Source of the DNA: an uncultured Acetatifactor sp.
Lineage (GTDB): Bacteria; Bacillota; Clostridia; Lachnospirales; Lachnospiraceae
Assembly: GCA_947595925.1 (NCBI GenBank)
Contig: CANQEV010000006.1
Location: 12,220 to 76,219, forward strand
Direction: 5' to 3'
Length of the DNA stretch: 64,000 bases
Shown: piece after piece, positions 29,937 through 39,095 of the stretch
Layout of the letters: every line of letters starts with the position of its first letter
How positions within the stretch are numbered: the first letter of the stretch is position 1
The notes under the pieces: generated by a model
The model's database searches: none
What the model was told of the DNA's origin: nothing
What the model saw: the letters and a program-made list of their open reading frames with translations, nothing else
Translations under genes and position numbers: made by a program

Positions 29937-31343
29937 ATGAAAACTCATTTTTTGTACGCGATAAAATGTCTGTGTTTCTTCGCAATTTTCGGATTGCTGA
30001 TCATTTTCGCCTACAGGGCGCTGAAGTGGAAAGACACGACCGGGGAATATCTGTCCTCCGTGGAACAGCTGTATGCGACACCGGAGGATCTGATCGACGT
30101 CGTCTTTGTGGGGAGCAGCCATTGTTATTGTGGGATCCATCCCTATGTGCTGTGGCGGAATTACGGAATCGCTGCGTTCGACATGGCTGTATCCGGGCAG
30201 GATAAGGACTCGGCGTACCATGATCTGGTGGAACTCTATAAGACGCAGAATCCTTCGGTAATCTGTGTGGATCTCTATGCCCTTTTGTACGATCGCCATG
30301 AAGTGGAGGCGAACGTATACAGGAATTACCTGTCTTTGAAAACATCTCCGAATTCTGTCGCCCTGGTCAATAAATATATAGAAGAGGAAGACAGGGAGGC
30401 GTATTACCTGCGTTTCCCGATCATTCATACGCGATACAGGGAACTGAAAAAATATGACTTCCTGAATTATGCTCCAAATTCGTTTGGCAGAGGAGAGTAT
30501 TTTACTTTTGGCGCGAACGGCTCCTGGTCAGATCCCGATATCTTAAATGACCAGACGATCGTGGAGCTGAGTGAAAAAAATCAGAAATGGCTGGAAGATT
30601 TGATCGCGCTTGCGGAGGAACATGGCACCGAAATAGAATTTATCGTGATTCCGTTTGCTGAGAACAGAGAGAACCAGCTGATTCTGAACGCGGCGGAAGA
30701 AATGCTTTCGGCCAGAAATTACTCCTTTGTCAATTATAATAAAATGCTGGATGAAGCGGGGATTGACCTGCAAAGTGATTTCGCGGATGCTTTTCATCTG
30801 AATGTCTATGGCGCGGAAAAACTGACATCTTATATCGGCATGGAGCTTGCTGAAAAATATGATCTGCCGGATCGCCGGGGCGATGACAGGTACTGGCAGT
30901 GGGATGAGGATCTGCGTTGGTACGAGAGCTCCAGGACGGAACAAATTCTTAAGACAGCGAACAGTCCTGATGAGTATCTGTCGGCACTGACCCGGTTTTC
31001 GGACGGTGTTACCGTGGTGAGTCTGGACGGGGACTTTCTTCACGCGGGGACGGACTATTTTGAGGTTTTAGAGCCTTTAGGCATGAATTATGAAGACTAT
31101 CTTTCGGGCGGCAAATGGATATACAGGGACGGAACACTCACGAAAATCCAGGAAAATGTCATTGGCACGCCGGAAGTGATCTGCGATCTGAACAAGTATG
31201 ACAGCATCCGGCTGTGGTATGGAGACGCCTTTCAGCCGGGAAATATCATGATTGGAAAAGAAGCCTATCAAAGGGCTTCCGCCCTGACCTTTGTGACCTA
31301 TGATACCTTTTTGGAGAAAGTGACGGCGGTGCGAGGGTTTTAA
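29937..31343 (+). CDS. Membrane-anchored SGNH/DltD-like protein (putative partner of the MBOAT)
   Basis: N-terminal TM, a block-I-like VFVGSSH, and a block-V-like DAFHLN (D-x-x-H). The family call is an inference from these short motifs. Confidence 0.6.
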   Translation: MKTHFLYAIKCLCFFAIFGLLIIFAYRALKWKDTTGEYLSSVEQLYATPEDLIDVVFVGSSHCYCGIHPYVLWRNYGIAAFDMAVSGQDKDSAYHDLVELYKTQNPSVICVDLYALLYDRHEVEANVYRNYLSLKTSPNSVALVNKYIEEEDREAYYLRFPIIHTRYRELKKYDFLNYAPNSFGRGEYFTFGANGSWSDPDILNDQTIVELSEKNQKWLEDLIALAEEHGTEIEFIVIPFAENRENQLILNAAEEMLSARNYSFVNYNKMLDEAGIDLQSDFADAFHLNVYGAEKLTSYIGMELAEKYDLPDRRGDDRYWQWDEDLRWYESSRTEQILKTANSPDEYLSALTRFSDGVTVVSLDGDFLHAGTDYFEVLEPLGMNYEDYLSGGKWIYRDGTLTKIQENVIGTPEVICDLNKYDSIRLWYGDAFQPGNIMIGKEAYQRASALTFVTYDTFLEKVTAVRGF

Positions 31344-31404
31344 CATAAGGCGGCAGGCCGCGGGCGGGAGTGGGACTGACTGTTTATCGGTGTCTCCGAT
31401 ATTG

Positions 31405-32508
31405 TCAATTTCGGTAAAAATTTTCCAGGCTGTCCAGTTTTGCCGGCATATTCAACATCATGGCGTCCAGCACGGTAATGGCCGTCATGCATTCGAAAAC
31501 AACAACGGCCCGGGGGACGATGATGGGATCGTGACGTCCCCGGATCTGGATCTCGATGTTTTCGTGGGATTGGTTTACGGTCTTCTGGGGCTGATAGATG
31601 GAGGGCGTGGGTTTCACATAGGCCCTCACCACCAGCTGGGAGCCGTCACTGATGCCTCCCAGGATCCCGCCGGCGTGATTTGTCAGCTTTGTCACGCTGC
31701 CGTCCGCCGCGCAGAAAAACGCGTCGTTGTTCTCGCTGCCGCATCGTCTGGAGACGAGGCTTCCGTCGCCGATCTCCACCGCCTTTACGGCACCGATGGA
31801 CATGGCCGCTTTCGCCAGGTTGGCGTCCAGTTTTTCAAATACGGGGTCGCCGATGCCGGCGGGGAGCCCGTCCACCAGACACTCCATGCACCCGCCGACA
31901 GAATCCCCCTTTTCCCGGGCCTGCGCAAGGTAGTCCCGGGCTTTTTCATTGGCCTCGGCGTCCGGCATGGCGGTGGGAGTGGAAAGGCGCAGAGCCTCTT
32001 CATACCGGGAGGGGTCGATCTCCACCGGGCCGATGGCGCGGGTGTACGCCCTCACCCGGATTCCCAGGCGCTCCAGGATCTTGCAGGCCACGGCGCCGGC
32101 GGCGACGCGCCCTATGGTCTCCCGGCCGGAGGAACGGCCGCCTCCCCGGTAGTCCCGGAACCCGTATTTTGTGTCAAAGGTGTAATCCGCATGGCCGGGA
32201 CGATAGCAGGAGGCGATGTCGCTGTAATCCTTCGAGATCTGGGAGGTATTGCGCACCAGAAGCGATATGGGGGTTCCGGTGGTCCGGCCCTCAAAGACTC
32301 CTGAGAGGATCTCGACGGCGTCATCCTCTTTCCGCTGGGTGGTCAGGGCGCTGGTCCCGGGCTTTCGGCGGTCCAGGTATCGCTGGATATCCTCTTCCCC
32401 CAGCTCCAGTCCGGCGGGGCAGCCGTCTATCACGACGCCCAGCGCTTTCCCGTGGGATTCCCCCCAGGTTGTGATTCGAAATATGGTTCCGTAAGACGAT
32501 CCGGCCAT
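31405..32508 (-). CDS. aroC: Chorismate synthase
   Basis: MAGSSYG..FRITTWGESHG, GRSSGRET and RHDP motifs. The start is set at the ATG at 32508; the 105 upstream codons of the listed ORF are low-complexity and cover the leader and promoter. Confidence 0.93.
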   Translation of the reverse strand: MAGSSYGTIFRITTWGESHGKALGVVIDGCPAGLELGEEDIQRYLDRRKPGTSALTTQRKEDDAVEILSGVFEGRTTGTPISLLVRNTSQISKDYSDIASCYRPGHADYTFDTKYGFRDYRGGGRSSGRETIGRVAAGAVACKILERLGIRVRAYTRAIGPVEIDPSRYEEALRLSTPTAMPDAEANEKARDYLAQAREKGDSVGGCMECLVDGLPAGIGDPVFEKLDANLAKAAMSIGAVKAVEIGDGSLVSRRCGSENNDAFFCAADGSVTKLTNHAGGILGGISDGSQLVVRAYVKPTPSIYQPQKTVNQSHENIEIQIRGRHDPIIVPRAVVVFECMTAITVLDAMMLNMPAKLDSLENFYRN

Positions 32509-32668
32509 GACGTTTTTCTCTCTTTCTTTTATTTTGCGCCTTTTTCCAGACCAAGAGACAGCCTTGGCAGGCCGAAACGGACTGGGCTGGGCCCGCCCGT
32601 CCGGTCCAGAAAACGGGGGACCCTTTTGGGGGCCTTCCGAGGCGGAGGCGCGGCGTGAACTGAAATTT

Positions 32669-32697
32669 ATTATATCCTTTTTTTTCGTCGAGTACAA
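32669..32697 (-). promoter_or_regulatory. SigA-type promoter for aroC (minus strand)
   Basis: On the minus strand: TTGTAC (32697-32692), 17-nt spacer, TATAAT (32674-32669). Confidence 0.5.
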
Positions 32698-32709
32698 TAT
32701 CATTTTGCA

Positions 32710-32738
32710 TTGAATATTCGGGAAAAAGATGTTATAAT
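32710..32738 (+). promoter_or_regulatory. Extended -10 promoter for the chemoreceptor-like gene
   Basis: TTGAAT (32710-32715), 17-nt spacer, TGtTATAAT (32730-32738). It is divergent from the aroC promoter. Confidence 0.55.
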
Positions 32739-32785
32739 ATCCAATAGTTGATGTGGGACCGTTGTACGCATAGAGGAGAGAGTAC

Positions 32786-34816
32786 GTGAAAACATTTTTG
32801 ATTATTTTGGAAGCGCTTGTCATTTTGGCTTTGTTGTATTATATCTTTCGGGACGCCCGGCAGAAAAAGGCGCTGATGCAACATGCGGAACTGATCAAGC
32901 GCCGCAGGATGGATCTGGAAGACATCGAAGAAGACAAACAGAACAGTTCCGTCGCCGTGCTGGCGGGGGCGTTGAACGTCATCAAGAACAATATGCAGAC
33001 CTTCCTGGAGTCCACAAAGGTCAACGTTGTCACGCTGTCGGACGCCATCGACGTCCTCTCCCAGGGGGCGGAGCAGAATCAGGAGGGGAGCCGCCGGATC
33101 TCCGAGAGCCTTTCCACGGTGGTCGCCAAGGTGGAAGAGCAGTATGATCTCGTGAAATCCTGCCTGGATCTGATCGTGGACAACACGGGCCGCTTGACGG
33201 AGATCGACGGATCCGTAAAGGAGATCGGGGATCTGCTGGAGCAGTCCGTCGAGAGCTGCAAGTCCGGCGTGGTCAGCATGGAAACCTATGAGCGCAACAT
33301 GAAGACGGTATCCGACAATCTGGAGCAGAGCGAGAAGATCCTGCGGGAATTCAGCACAAAGATCAGCGAGATAAACGAGATCGGCTCCTTTATCGTGGGT
33401 ATCAGCCAGTCCCTCAGAATGCTTGCCCTGAACGCGTCCATTGAGGCCGCCCGGGTGGGGGCCGCCGGGAGCGGTTTCGCGGTGGTGGCAAAGGAGATGG
33501 GCGTTATGTCCACCAAGACCCAGGAGGGCATCGGCACCATCGACGAGATCCTGGCGAACGTGATAGAGAGCAGCAAACAGGTTAACCAGTGCATCCGCGA
33601 CAGCGTGGTCATGTTTGACGAGAGCCGCAAGGAATTTGACTCGGTGAGCGCTTCTTTCCGAACCATCGACGAACAGGCCGGCGTGATCAACGACAGAATG
33701 CAGAACATCCTCTCGGAGATCGACGGGATCACGAGAAATTCCGTCGAGACAAAGACCCGGGCGGAGCGGGCTTATCAGAACTCCGAGGAGATCAACTCGG
33801 GGAGCCAGGAGATTTCCCAGGTTTCCGGACAGTCTTCGGAGGTGTCCAAAAACATTATCGAGAATGTGGGTTCCCTGAACTCCATGCTCACCGGCCTGGA
33901 GAAGCTGCTGCGTCAGTTTACCACCGCCGTGGAGCCCGTAAAGGGCAGGGCCGGCAGGAAATTAAAGATCGGCTTTATCTGTATGGACGACAATGATTTC
34001 TGGCATTCCGTCCGCAGGGGCGCCATTTATGCGAAAAAAGAGCTGGAGTCCCAGGGGGCTGAAGTGCGCTATCACGGATTCGAGGACTGGAACGCCGTGG
34101 TGCGGGATAAAGGCGGGACCATGGAGGCGATGATGGCGGAGGACTTCGACGGTTACATTATGCCGGGATTTGTCGTTGGCAGCGTTCAGCCTCTGGTTGA
34201 GAAAGTCCGCGCAATGGGTAAAAAGGTTTACCTGATCAACAACGATATCGAAGAGCAGAGCCTTCGGGACGCCGTCTTCCAGCCGGACGTGGCGGATGCG
34301 GCAGCGCTGGCCGCGAAGCTCATGGGGAACGTCCTGAAGAAAAAGGGCAACGTGCTCGTCCTTGAGGGGAGCCGTGACGTGGGGACAAACTGCATCAGAA
34401 GCGACATCTTCCAGAAGAGCATGGAGAGCTGCAAGGGCATAAAGCTTGATGTTCTGGAGGCGGAGTATTATGAGGAGGACACCTATCGCCAGATGAAGGA
34501 ATATCTGAGGGATCATCCCGAGGTGAACGGCATTTACGTGACGACGGGAACCCCCATTGCGGTGGCAAGGGCCGTAGAGGAGAGCGGGCTGAAGATCAAG
34601 CTGGTGGTATTCGATCATTCCCAGGAGATCTTTCACTATATCAAGAAAGGGATCATTGCCGCCGCTATCGGTCAGGATCCCTTTGGCCAGGGGCATGATC
34701 CGATCGTGTGGATGTATAATTCCCTGGTCAGCGGGGAGAAACTTCCCGACGATAATATGAAGTGCAGGTCCAGCGTTGTGGATGAGTCCAACGTGGACAG
34801 TTTATTGGAAGCATGA
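32786..34816 (+). CDS. Methyl-accepting chemotaxis signalling domain fused to a C-terminal type-I periplasmic-binding-protein-like (sugar-binding fold) domain
   Basis: One N-terminal TM. The highly conserved MCP hairpin LALNASIEAARVGAAGSGFAVVAKEM is at about nt 33423-33500. The C-terminal ~280 aa look LacI/RbsB-like (KIGFICMDDNDFW ... AAIGQDPFGQG). GTG start with a GGAGAG RBS. Confidence 0.8.
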   Translation: MKTFLIILEALVILALLYYIFRDARQKKALMQHAELIKRRRMDLEDIEEDKQNSSVAVLAGALNVIKNNMQTFLESTKVNVVTLSDAIDVLSQGAEQNQEGSRRISESLSTVVAKVEEQYDLVKSCLDLIVDNTGRLTEIDGSVKEIGDLLEQSVESCKSGVVSMETYERNMKTVSDNLEQSEKILREFSTKISEINEIGSFIVGISQSLRMLALNASIEAARVGAAGSGFAVVAKEMGVMSTKTQEGIGTIDEILANVIESSKQVNQCIRDSVVMFDESRKEFDSVSASFRTIDEQAGVINDRMQNILSEIDGITRNSVETKTRAERAYQNSEEINSGSQEISQVSGQSSEVSKNIIENVGSLNSMLTGLEKLLRQFTTAVEPVKGRAGRKLKIGFICMDDNDFWHSVRRGAIYAKKELESQGAEVRYHGFEDWNAVVRDKGGTMEAMMAEDFDGYIMPGFVVGSVQPLVEKVRAMGKKVYLINNDIEEQSLRDAVFQPDVADAAALAAKLMGNVLKKKGNVLVLEGSRDVGTNCIRSDIFQKSMESCKGIKLDVLEAEYYEEDTYRQMKEYLRDHPEVNGIYVTTGTPIAVARAVEESGLKIKLVVFDHSQEIFHYIKKGIIAAAIGQDPFGQGHDPIVWMYNSLVSGEKLPDDNMKCRSSVVDESNVDSLLEA

Positions 34817-34826
34817 GGCTGAGATC

Positions 34827-35966
34827 ATGGCGGAATATCAGATTTTAAAAACGGAAGGCCGCGCCAAGCGCGCGGTCTTTCATACTGTACACGGGGATAT
34901 CCAGACGCCCGTGTTCATGAATGTGGGAACGGTTGCCGCAATCAAGGGGGCCGTGTCGACGGAGGACCTGGAGGGGCTGAAGACCCAGGTGCAGCTTTCC
35001 AATACCTATCACCTGCATGTCAGACCGGGTGATCAGATCGTGAAGCAGTTGGGAGGCCTTCAGAAATTCATGAGCTGGAATAAGCCGATCCTTACGGATT
35101 CCGGCGGCTTTCAGGTGTTTTCCCTGGCGGGCCTGCGGAAAATCAAAGAAGAGGGCGTTTATTTTCACTCCCACATAGACGGGAAGAAGATCTTCATGGG
35201 ACCGGAGGAGAGCATGCAGATTCAGTCTCATCTGGGTTCCACGATCGCCATGGCTTTTGACGAGTGCGCGCCAAGCAAGGCCGACCGCGCTTATGTGCAG
35301 GCATCCGTGGAGCGGACCACAAGATGGCTTGAGAGATGCCGGGTGGAAATGAACCGATTGAATTCCCTGGACGACACGATCAATCGGGAGCAGCTTCTCT
35401 TTGGCATTAACCAGGGGGCAGTTTACGACGACGTCCGCATTGAGCATGCAAAAAGGATCTCGGAGCTGGATCTGGACGGGTACGCAGTCGGGGGACTGGC
35501 TGTAGGGGAGAGCCATGAGGAGATGTATCACGTTTTGGAGGAAACGATTCCCTACCTGCCAAAGGACAAGCCGACCTACCTCATGGGTGTTGGTACTCCG
35601 GCCAATATTCTGGAAGGCGTGGAAAGAGGCGTGGATTTCTTCGACTGCGTATATCCCTCCCGGAACGGGCGGCATGGCCATTTATATACAAATCACGGAA
35701 AAATCAACCTTTTTAACGCCAAGTATGAGCTGGATCCGCGCCCTATTGAAGAGGGCTGCGGCTGCCCGGCCTGCCGCAGGTACAGCCGGGCTTACATCAG
35801 GCACCTTTTAAAGGCGAAAGAAATGCTGGGGATGCGGCTCTGCGTTCTTCACAACCTGTACTTTTACAACACCATGATGGAAGAGATCCGGGATTCCTTG
35901 GACAGAGGGGAATTTCAGGCGTATAAAAAACGGAAGCTGGGCAGGATGATGAACCCGGACCTCTAA
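34827..35966 (+). CDS. tgt: tRNA-guanine transglycosylase (queuine tRNA-ribosyltransferase)
   Basis: TPVFMNVGT, LTDSGGFQV, the AFDEC motif and zinc site CGCPAC...H. Confidence 0.95.
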   Translation: MAEYQILKTEGRAKRAVFHTVHGDIQTPVFMNVGTVAAIKGAVSTEDLEGLKTQVQLSNTYHLHVRPGDQIVKQLGGLQKFMSWNKPILTDSGGFQVFSLAGLRKIKEEGVYFHSHIDGKKIFMGPEESMQIQSHLGSTIAMAFDECAPSKADRAYVQASVERTTRWLERCRVEMNRLNSLDDTINREQLLFGINQGAVYDDVRIEHAKRISELDLDGYAVGGLAVGESHEEMYHVLEETIPYLPKDKPTYLMGVGTPANILEGVERGVDFFDCVYPSRNGRHGHLYTNHGKINLFNAKYELDPRPIEEGCGCPACRRYSRAYIRHLLKAKEMLGMRLCVLHNLYFYNTMMEEIRDSLDRGEFQAYKKRKLGRMMNPDL

Positions 35967-36035
35967 TGACCCGGGCGTTTTGACGTTGGCAAGGATACGT
36001 TGAGGTCAGCAAGAAAACAGTTAAGCCCCAGATTA

Positions 36036-36064
36036 TTGACAGAAAAAATAAACTATTTTATTAT
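36036..36064 (+). promoter_or_regulatory. SigA-type promoter
   Basis: TTGACA (36036-36041), 17-nt spacer, TATTAT (36059-36064), in an AT-rich spacer. Confidence 0.45.
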
Positions 36065-36168
36065 TATGTCATGACTTTTTCGGCAAATGAAAAAGGCGTG
36101 CGTCAGGATTGACATAAAAAGTGACAGATAAGACAGGGTTTCTTATTCCGGAAGGAAAAGAGGAGTTT

Positions 36169-37482
36169 ATGAAAACAAAAAATTTAGGAAGAAAAATTTC
36201 TGAGTGGATCCGCCAGAGCGCAGAGGATCCTTCCCAGGCAGATTATGAGGAGGGCGTGCGCGCTCCCCAATTCTCCTATATCTTTTGCGCAGGTCTTGCC
36301 CTGCTTGTTTTTGTCCTGTATTACCGGGTTGCCCATGCCTTCTGCACTGTTGAGGGGCTTCAGGACATGAAGGCCCATGCCGATTTTGCCATGAATTTTT
36401 ATCTGAAGCCTGAAATTTTTTTCGCGAGCTGGCGTAGGGTGCCCCATATGCTTTGGCATCTGATCGTCAAGTTCTTTCAGTCCAGGGTCCATATGCCCCT
36501 TTTGGCGGCGGCTTCCTTTACCTTTTCTTTGTTCGGCGTTTTTTCCTTCGCAGTTACTGCATGGTTCCTATACGGATTGCTTCATGTGTACACCGGTCAG
36601 AAGAGGCTGGGTATGGCCTCTTTCGGTTCGTTTTCCCTTTCCTTTGTGGGCCCGCTGGCGATGGAATGGTTTTCCGAAGCGTATCCAGGGCAATTTACTC
36701 CAAATCCACTGCACAATCCAACCCACATGGCAGCCAAGGGATTTGGGCTTCTCGCCATGATGGCCGGGATCGACATTATCCGGAGGTATCACGGACGGGA
36801 AACCGTTTTTTTCAGAGGCAGGCGGCTTTATCTTTATTTCAGCGTTTTTTCATTCCTCTCGGCATTGACGAAACCCACTTTCATGTACATGCTGCTTCCG
36901 GCAGGCATCATCCTGATACTGTTGGATCTTTTGACTTGCACGAGAAAAAACATACCCATGAAAAAAGTATGGAATGCCGCCTGGAAAATGGCTGTCGCCA
37001 CCATTCCGACCTGCGCCTACATTTTGACGGAATATATCGTTTTGTTTTTCTTCGGCAATGAGCAAGGCGCCTCTGTTGTCTTGACAAAACCGCTGGAGGT
37101 CTGGCATCTGTATTCATACGACGTCCCGACATCCATTCTGCTGGGCATGTTCTTTCCGATCTGGATGTTGGTGACAAATCCCGGCTATTTTTACAAAACC
37201 ACAGAGGGCAGACTCAGCGTGCTGGGATATATGATGGGCGTATTGGAATTTTCTGTCCTCGCGGAATCCGGAAGCCGGATGGATGCTGCTAATTTTGCGT
37301 GGTGCATGATGTCCGGCATGACGATTTACTTTGCCGTGAGCGTATGTCGTCTGCTCCTTTCTACCATGCAGAAGAAACAGGGCGGAAGACATGCGGCCTA
37401 TCTGATCTGCAGCTGGTTTTTGCTGTTCCTGCACGTGTATTCGGGACTTTCCATGTATAATGTCTTTGCGGGAATGTTATAA
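36169..37482 (+). CDS. Polytopic membrane protein of unknown function (about 10-12 TM)
   Basis: Long hydrophobic ORF between tgt and yajC that looks lower in GC than its neighbours. No motif recognised. Confidence 0.6.
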   Translation: MKTKNLGRKISEWIRQSAEDPSQADYEEGVRAPQFSYIFCAGLALLVFVLYYRVAHAFCTVEGLQDMKAHADFAMNFYLKPEIFFASWRRVPHMLWHLIVKFFQSRVHMPLLAAASFTFSLFGVFSFAVTAWFLYGLLHVYTGQKRLGMASFGSFSLSFVGPLAMEWFSEAYPGQFTPNPLHNPTHMAAKGFGLLAMMAGIDIIRRYHGRETVFFRGRRLYLYFSVFSFLSALTKPTFMYMLLPAGIILILLDLLTCTRKNIPMKKVWNAAWKMAVATIPTCAYILTEYIVLFFFGNEQGASVVLTKPLEVWHLYSYDVPTSILLGMFFPIWMLVTNPGYFYKTTEGRLSVLGYMMGVLEFSVLAESGSRMDAANFAWCMMSGMTIYFAVSVCRLLLSTMQKKQGGRHAAYLICSWFLLFLHVYSGLSMYNVFAGML

Positions 37483-37566
37483 AGGAGCTGTCAAAGAAAG
37501 CCCTCAGGCAGCAAAGACGGATTGAAAATAAGCGTTTTGCCTAAGAGATTCCTTAGAGTTATTCTA

Positions 37567-37595
37567 TTGACTTAAAAATAAAAAATGTGTAATAT
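37567..37595 (+). promoter_or_regulatory. SigA-type promoter upstream of yajC
   Basis: TTGACT (37567-37572), 17-nt spacer, TAATAT (37590-37595). Confidence 0.45.
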
Positions 37596-37644
37596 ATCTG
37601 TTGAATATGTTATGGCACAAGTGTGTCGGAATGGAGGAGACAAA

Positions 37645-37962
37645 ATGAATCTTTTACTCACGGAGGCAGCCCCTGGCGGTTCGATAGCGGGAACATTGAT
37701 CGGAACCATCTTATATTTTGCTTTTTTTATCTTTATCATGTGGTTTTTCCTGCTGAGACCCCAGGGAAAGGAGAAAAAGCGCCTGGCTGCGATGATCGCC
37801 GGACTGGAAGTGGGGGACTGCGTCCTTACGACTTCCGGGTTCTACGGCATTGTCATTGGCATTTCGGACGACACGGTCATCGTTGAGTTTGGAAATAATA
37901 AGAACTGCCGCATTCCCATGGAAAAATCTGCCATCAGCAGAGTGGAGAAGGCGACGAATTAA
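37645..37962 (+). CDS. yajC: Preprotein translocase subunit YajC
   Basis: A single TM followed by FFLLRPQ.KE.KR and GD.V.T.GF.G motifs. RBS GGAGGAG is upstream of the ATG at 37645. Confidence 0.85.
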   Translation: MNLLLTEAAPGGSIAGTLIGTILYFAFFIFIMWFFLLRPQGKEKKRLAAMIAGLEVGDCVLTTSGFYGIVIGISDDTVIVEFGNNKNCRIPMEKSAISRVEKATN

Positions 37963-37974
37963 AGGAGGTTCGCT

Positions 37975-39060
37975 ATGAAACTGCATATCACCTGTATCCC
38001 CGGCGACGGTATCGGACCTGAAATTGTCGCCGAGGCAAAAAAGGTACTGAATAAAGTGGCGGAGGTCTATGGCCACGAAATGATCTTTACGGATATCCTG
38101 ATGGGCGGCGCGTCCATCGACGTGCACGGCGTGCCCCTGACCGACGAGGCCATCGCCGAGGCGAAGGCGGCCGACGCGGTCCTCATGGGCTCCATCGGCG
38201 GCGATACCACGACTTCGCCCTGGTACAAGCTACCCCCGGACAGACGGCCGGAGGCGGGGCTCTTAAAGATCCGCAAGGCCCTGAATCTCTTTGCCAATCT
38301 CCGCCCCGCCGTACTCTACGACGAGCTCTCCGGAGCCTGCCCCTTAAAAGAGGAGATCAGCAAAAAGGGCTTCGACATGCTGATCATGAGGGAGCTCACC
38401 GGGGGCCTTTACTTCGGTGAGAGAAAGACTGTGGAGGAAAACGGCGTCTTAAAGGCCATCGACACCCTTACTTATAATGAAAATGAGATCCGGCGGATCG
38501 CGGTCAAAGGATTTGACATCGCGAGAAAGCGCAGGAAGAAGGTCACCAGCGTGGACAAGGCCAATGTGCTGGACTCCTCCCGCCTCTGGAGAAAAGTGGT
38601 GGAGGAAGTGGCGAAGGATTATCCCGACGTCACCTTGGAACATATGCTGGTGGACAACTGCGCCATGCAGCTGGTAAAGGACCCCGCCCAGTTCGACGTC
38701 ATTTTGACGGAGAATATGTTCGGGGACATTCTTTCGGATGAGGCGAGCATGGTGACCGGCTCCATCGGCATGCTGGCGAGCGCCAGCCTGAACGACAGCA
38801 AGTTCGGCCTGTATGAGCCCAGCCACGGCTCCGCTCCCGACATCGCGGGAAAGGATATCGCCAATCCCATCGCCACCGTTCTCAGCGCGGCCATGATGCT
38901 TCGGTACAGCTTTGATCTGGACAAGGAGGCCGACGCCGTGGAGGCGGCGGTAAAGCAGGCTCTGCAGGACGGGTTCCGCACCGGGGATATCCTGTCAGAG
39001 GGCTGTAAACTGGTAAAGTGTTCCGAGATGGGAACTATCCTGGCGGATAGGATCCGCTGA
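37975..39060 (+). CDS. leuB: 3-isopropylmalate dehydrogenase
   Basis: [14 protein letters not shown] and [14 protein letters not shown]. Confidence 0.95.
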   Translation: MKLHITCIPGDGIGPEIVAEAKKVLNKVAEVYGHEMIFTDILMGGASIDVHGVPLTDEAIAEAKAADAVLMGSIGGDTTTSPWYKLPPDRRPEAGLLKIRKALNLFANLRPAVLYDELSGACPLKEEISKKGFDMLIMRELTGGLYFGERKTVEENGVLKAIDTLTYNENEIRRIAVKGFDIARKRRKKVTSVDKANVLDSSRLWRKVVEEVAKDYPDVTLEHMLVDNCAMQLVKDPAQFDVILTENMFGDILSDEASMVTGSIGMLASASLNDSKFGLYEPSHGSAPDIAGKDIANPIATVLSAAMMLRYSFDLDKEADAVEAAVKQALQDGFRTGDILSEGCKLVKCSEMGTILADRIR

Positions 39061-39095
39061 CAGAAAGCATAAATTCGGCAAGGAGGAAAGGAAAC

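Noticed and set aside
31390-32304. 304-aa + strand ORF, and other + strand ORFs, overlapping aroC
   Set aside because: They are antisense to chorismate synthase, whose motifs are unambiguous on the minus strand, and show no independent signals.
32509-32823. 105-codon N-terminal extension of the aroC ORF
   Set aside because: Chorismate synthases begin at MAGSSYG/FRITTWGESHG. The extension is low-complexity, contains the predicted aroC promoter, and overlaps the divergent gene start.
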